Under the pieces are notes generated by a model. The model saw only the letters and a program-made list of their open reading frames with translations. It was not told the origin of the DNA and made no database searches. The translations under genes were made by a program, and so were the position numbers. DNA of 7,596 nucleotides from Octopus sinensis (lineage: Eukaryota): the NCBI RefSeq assembly GCF_006345805.1, contig NW_021828816.1, forward strand, positions 1-7,596. The letters run 5' to 3'. This document shows positions 7,216-7,596 of this stretch, one piece after another (position 1 is the stretch's first letter; every line of letters begins with the position of its first letter).

Positions 7216-7280
<65 letters not shown>
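7206..7280. repeat. (AAT)25 microsatellite with one GAT variant
   Basis: Read directly. Confidence 0.95.
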
Positions 7281-7429
7281 CCCAGTAGCTGTAGGGGCAT
7301 TGGGAACACTTAGCAACAAGGTTTGAGAAATTTATTAGAGGAACTGGCATTGACATGAGAGTAGAATATGCTCAGAAACCTACTTTACTGGGGACAGCTA
7401 GGATTTTGAGATTGGCACTCAGATGTTAA
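7279..7429 (+). pseudogene. Frameshifted C-terminal remnant of an R4/Dong-clade RT-RLE protein
   Basis: Manual translation: IPVAVGALGTLSNK (7279-7320), one extra base near 7321, then FEKFIRGTGIDMRVEYAQKPTLLGTARILRLALRC* (7322-7429). Matches the C-terminal pattern PVVxGALG...QKxxLLGTARILRxxL that I know from R4/Dong/Rex6 proteins. Confidence 0.82.
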
Positions 7430-7561
7430 GCATTGAAGAAAGAGACCCTGTAAGACCCTTGACAACAGGTTGTTGTCAGCTCTTACAGAATTAGCCAGAG
7501 CAAGTGAAATTAAGAGCTCTGAAAAGTGAAATGACAAAATAATAATAATAATAATAATAAT
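7279..7561 (+). mobile_element. 5'-truncated R4/Dong-like (restriction-like endonuclease) non-LTR retrotransposon: ORF C-terminus, ~110-bp 3' UTR and (AAT)8 tail
   Basis: Coding remnant (next feature), followed by a UTR with hairpin TGACAACA-GGT-TGTTGTCA (7460-7478) and (AAT)8 at 7538-7561. Flanked on both sides by AAT repeats, the known type of target for Dong. Confidence 0.8.
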
Positions 7562-7596
7562 GGTTTCAAATTTTGCCACAAGGGCAGCAATTTTGG
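7561..7596 (-). mobile_element. 3' end of another SINE family A copy, running off the window
   Basis: 7561-7595 is identical to 6991-7025 (TGGTTTCAAATTTTGCCACAAGGGCAGCAATTTTG) and is likewise preceded by (AAT)n. Confidence 0.9.

Noticed and set aside
6476-7579. ORFs at 6476-6688, 6546-6749, 6764-7009, 6871-7065 and 7385-7579, including two starting MAKFETIIII
   Set aside because: Translations of SINE and microsatellite sequence. The shared N-terminus is just the SINE A 3' end plus its TTA tail.

Overview
AT-rich, non-coding eukaryotic DNA (intronic or intergenic) made largely of transposable-element remnants and microsatellites. From memory, the repeat families resemble octopus (cephalopod) repeats; this is recognition, not a database result. 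I find no credible host protein-coding gene: the listed ORFs are read-throughs of microsatellites, SINEs or other repeats, or unrecognisable short frames. Supported features: (i) a complete 394-bp non-autonomous Helitron (3402-3795, minus); (ii) a GC-rich 3' end of a probable RTE-type retroelement with three internal structured repeats (2783-3174, minus); (iii) six full or partial copies of one tRNA-derived SINE (family A) and one full copy of a second (family B); (iv) a ~176-bp foldback/MITE-like hairpin (4513-4688); (v) a 5'-truncated, frameshifted R4/Dong-like restriction-like-endonuclease retrotransposon fragment (7279-7561), missed by the ORF track, inside an (AAT)n array that also holds two SINEs. 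The most interesting observations are the (AAT)n multi-element landing pad, two apparent templated-insertion repair scars, a covarying 3' stem-loop shared by two retroelement tails, and the tandem structured units in the RTE-like 3' region. I cannot support a claim of a genuinely new biological system.
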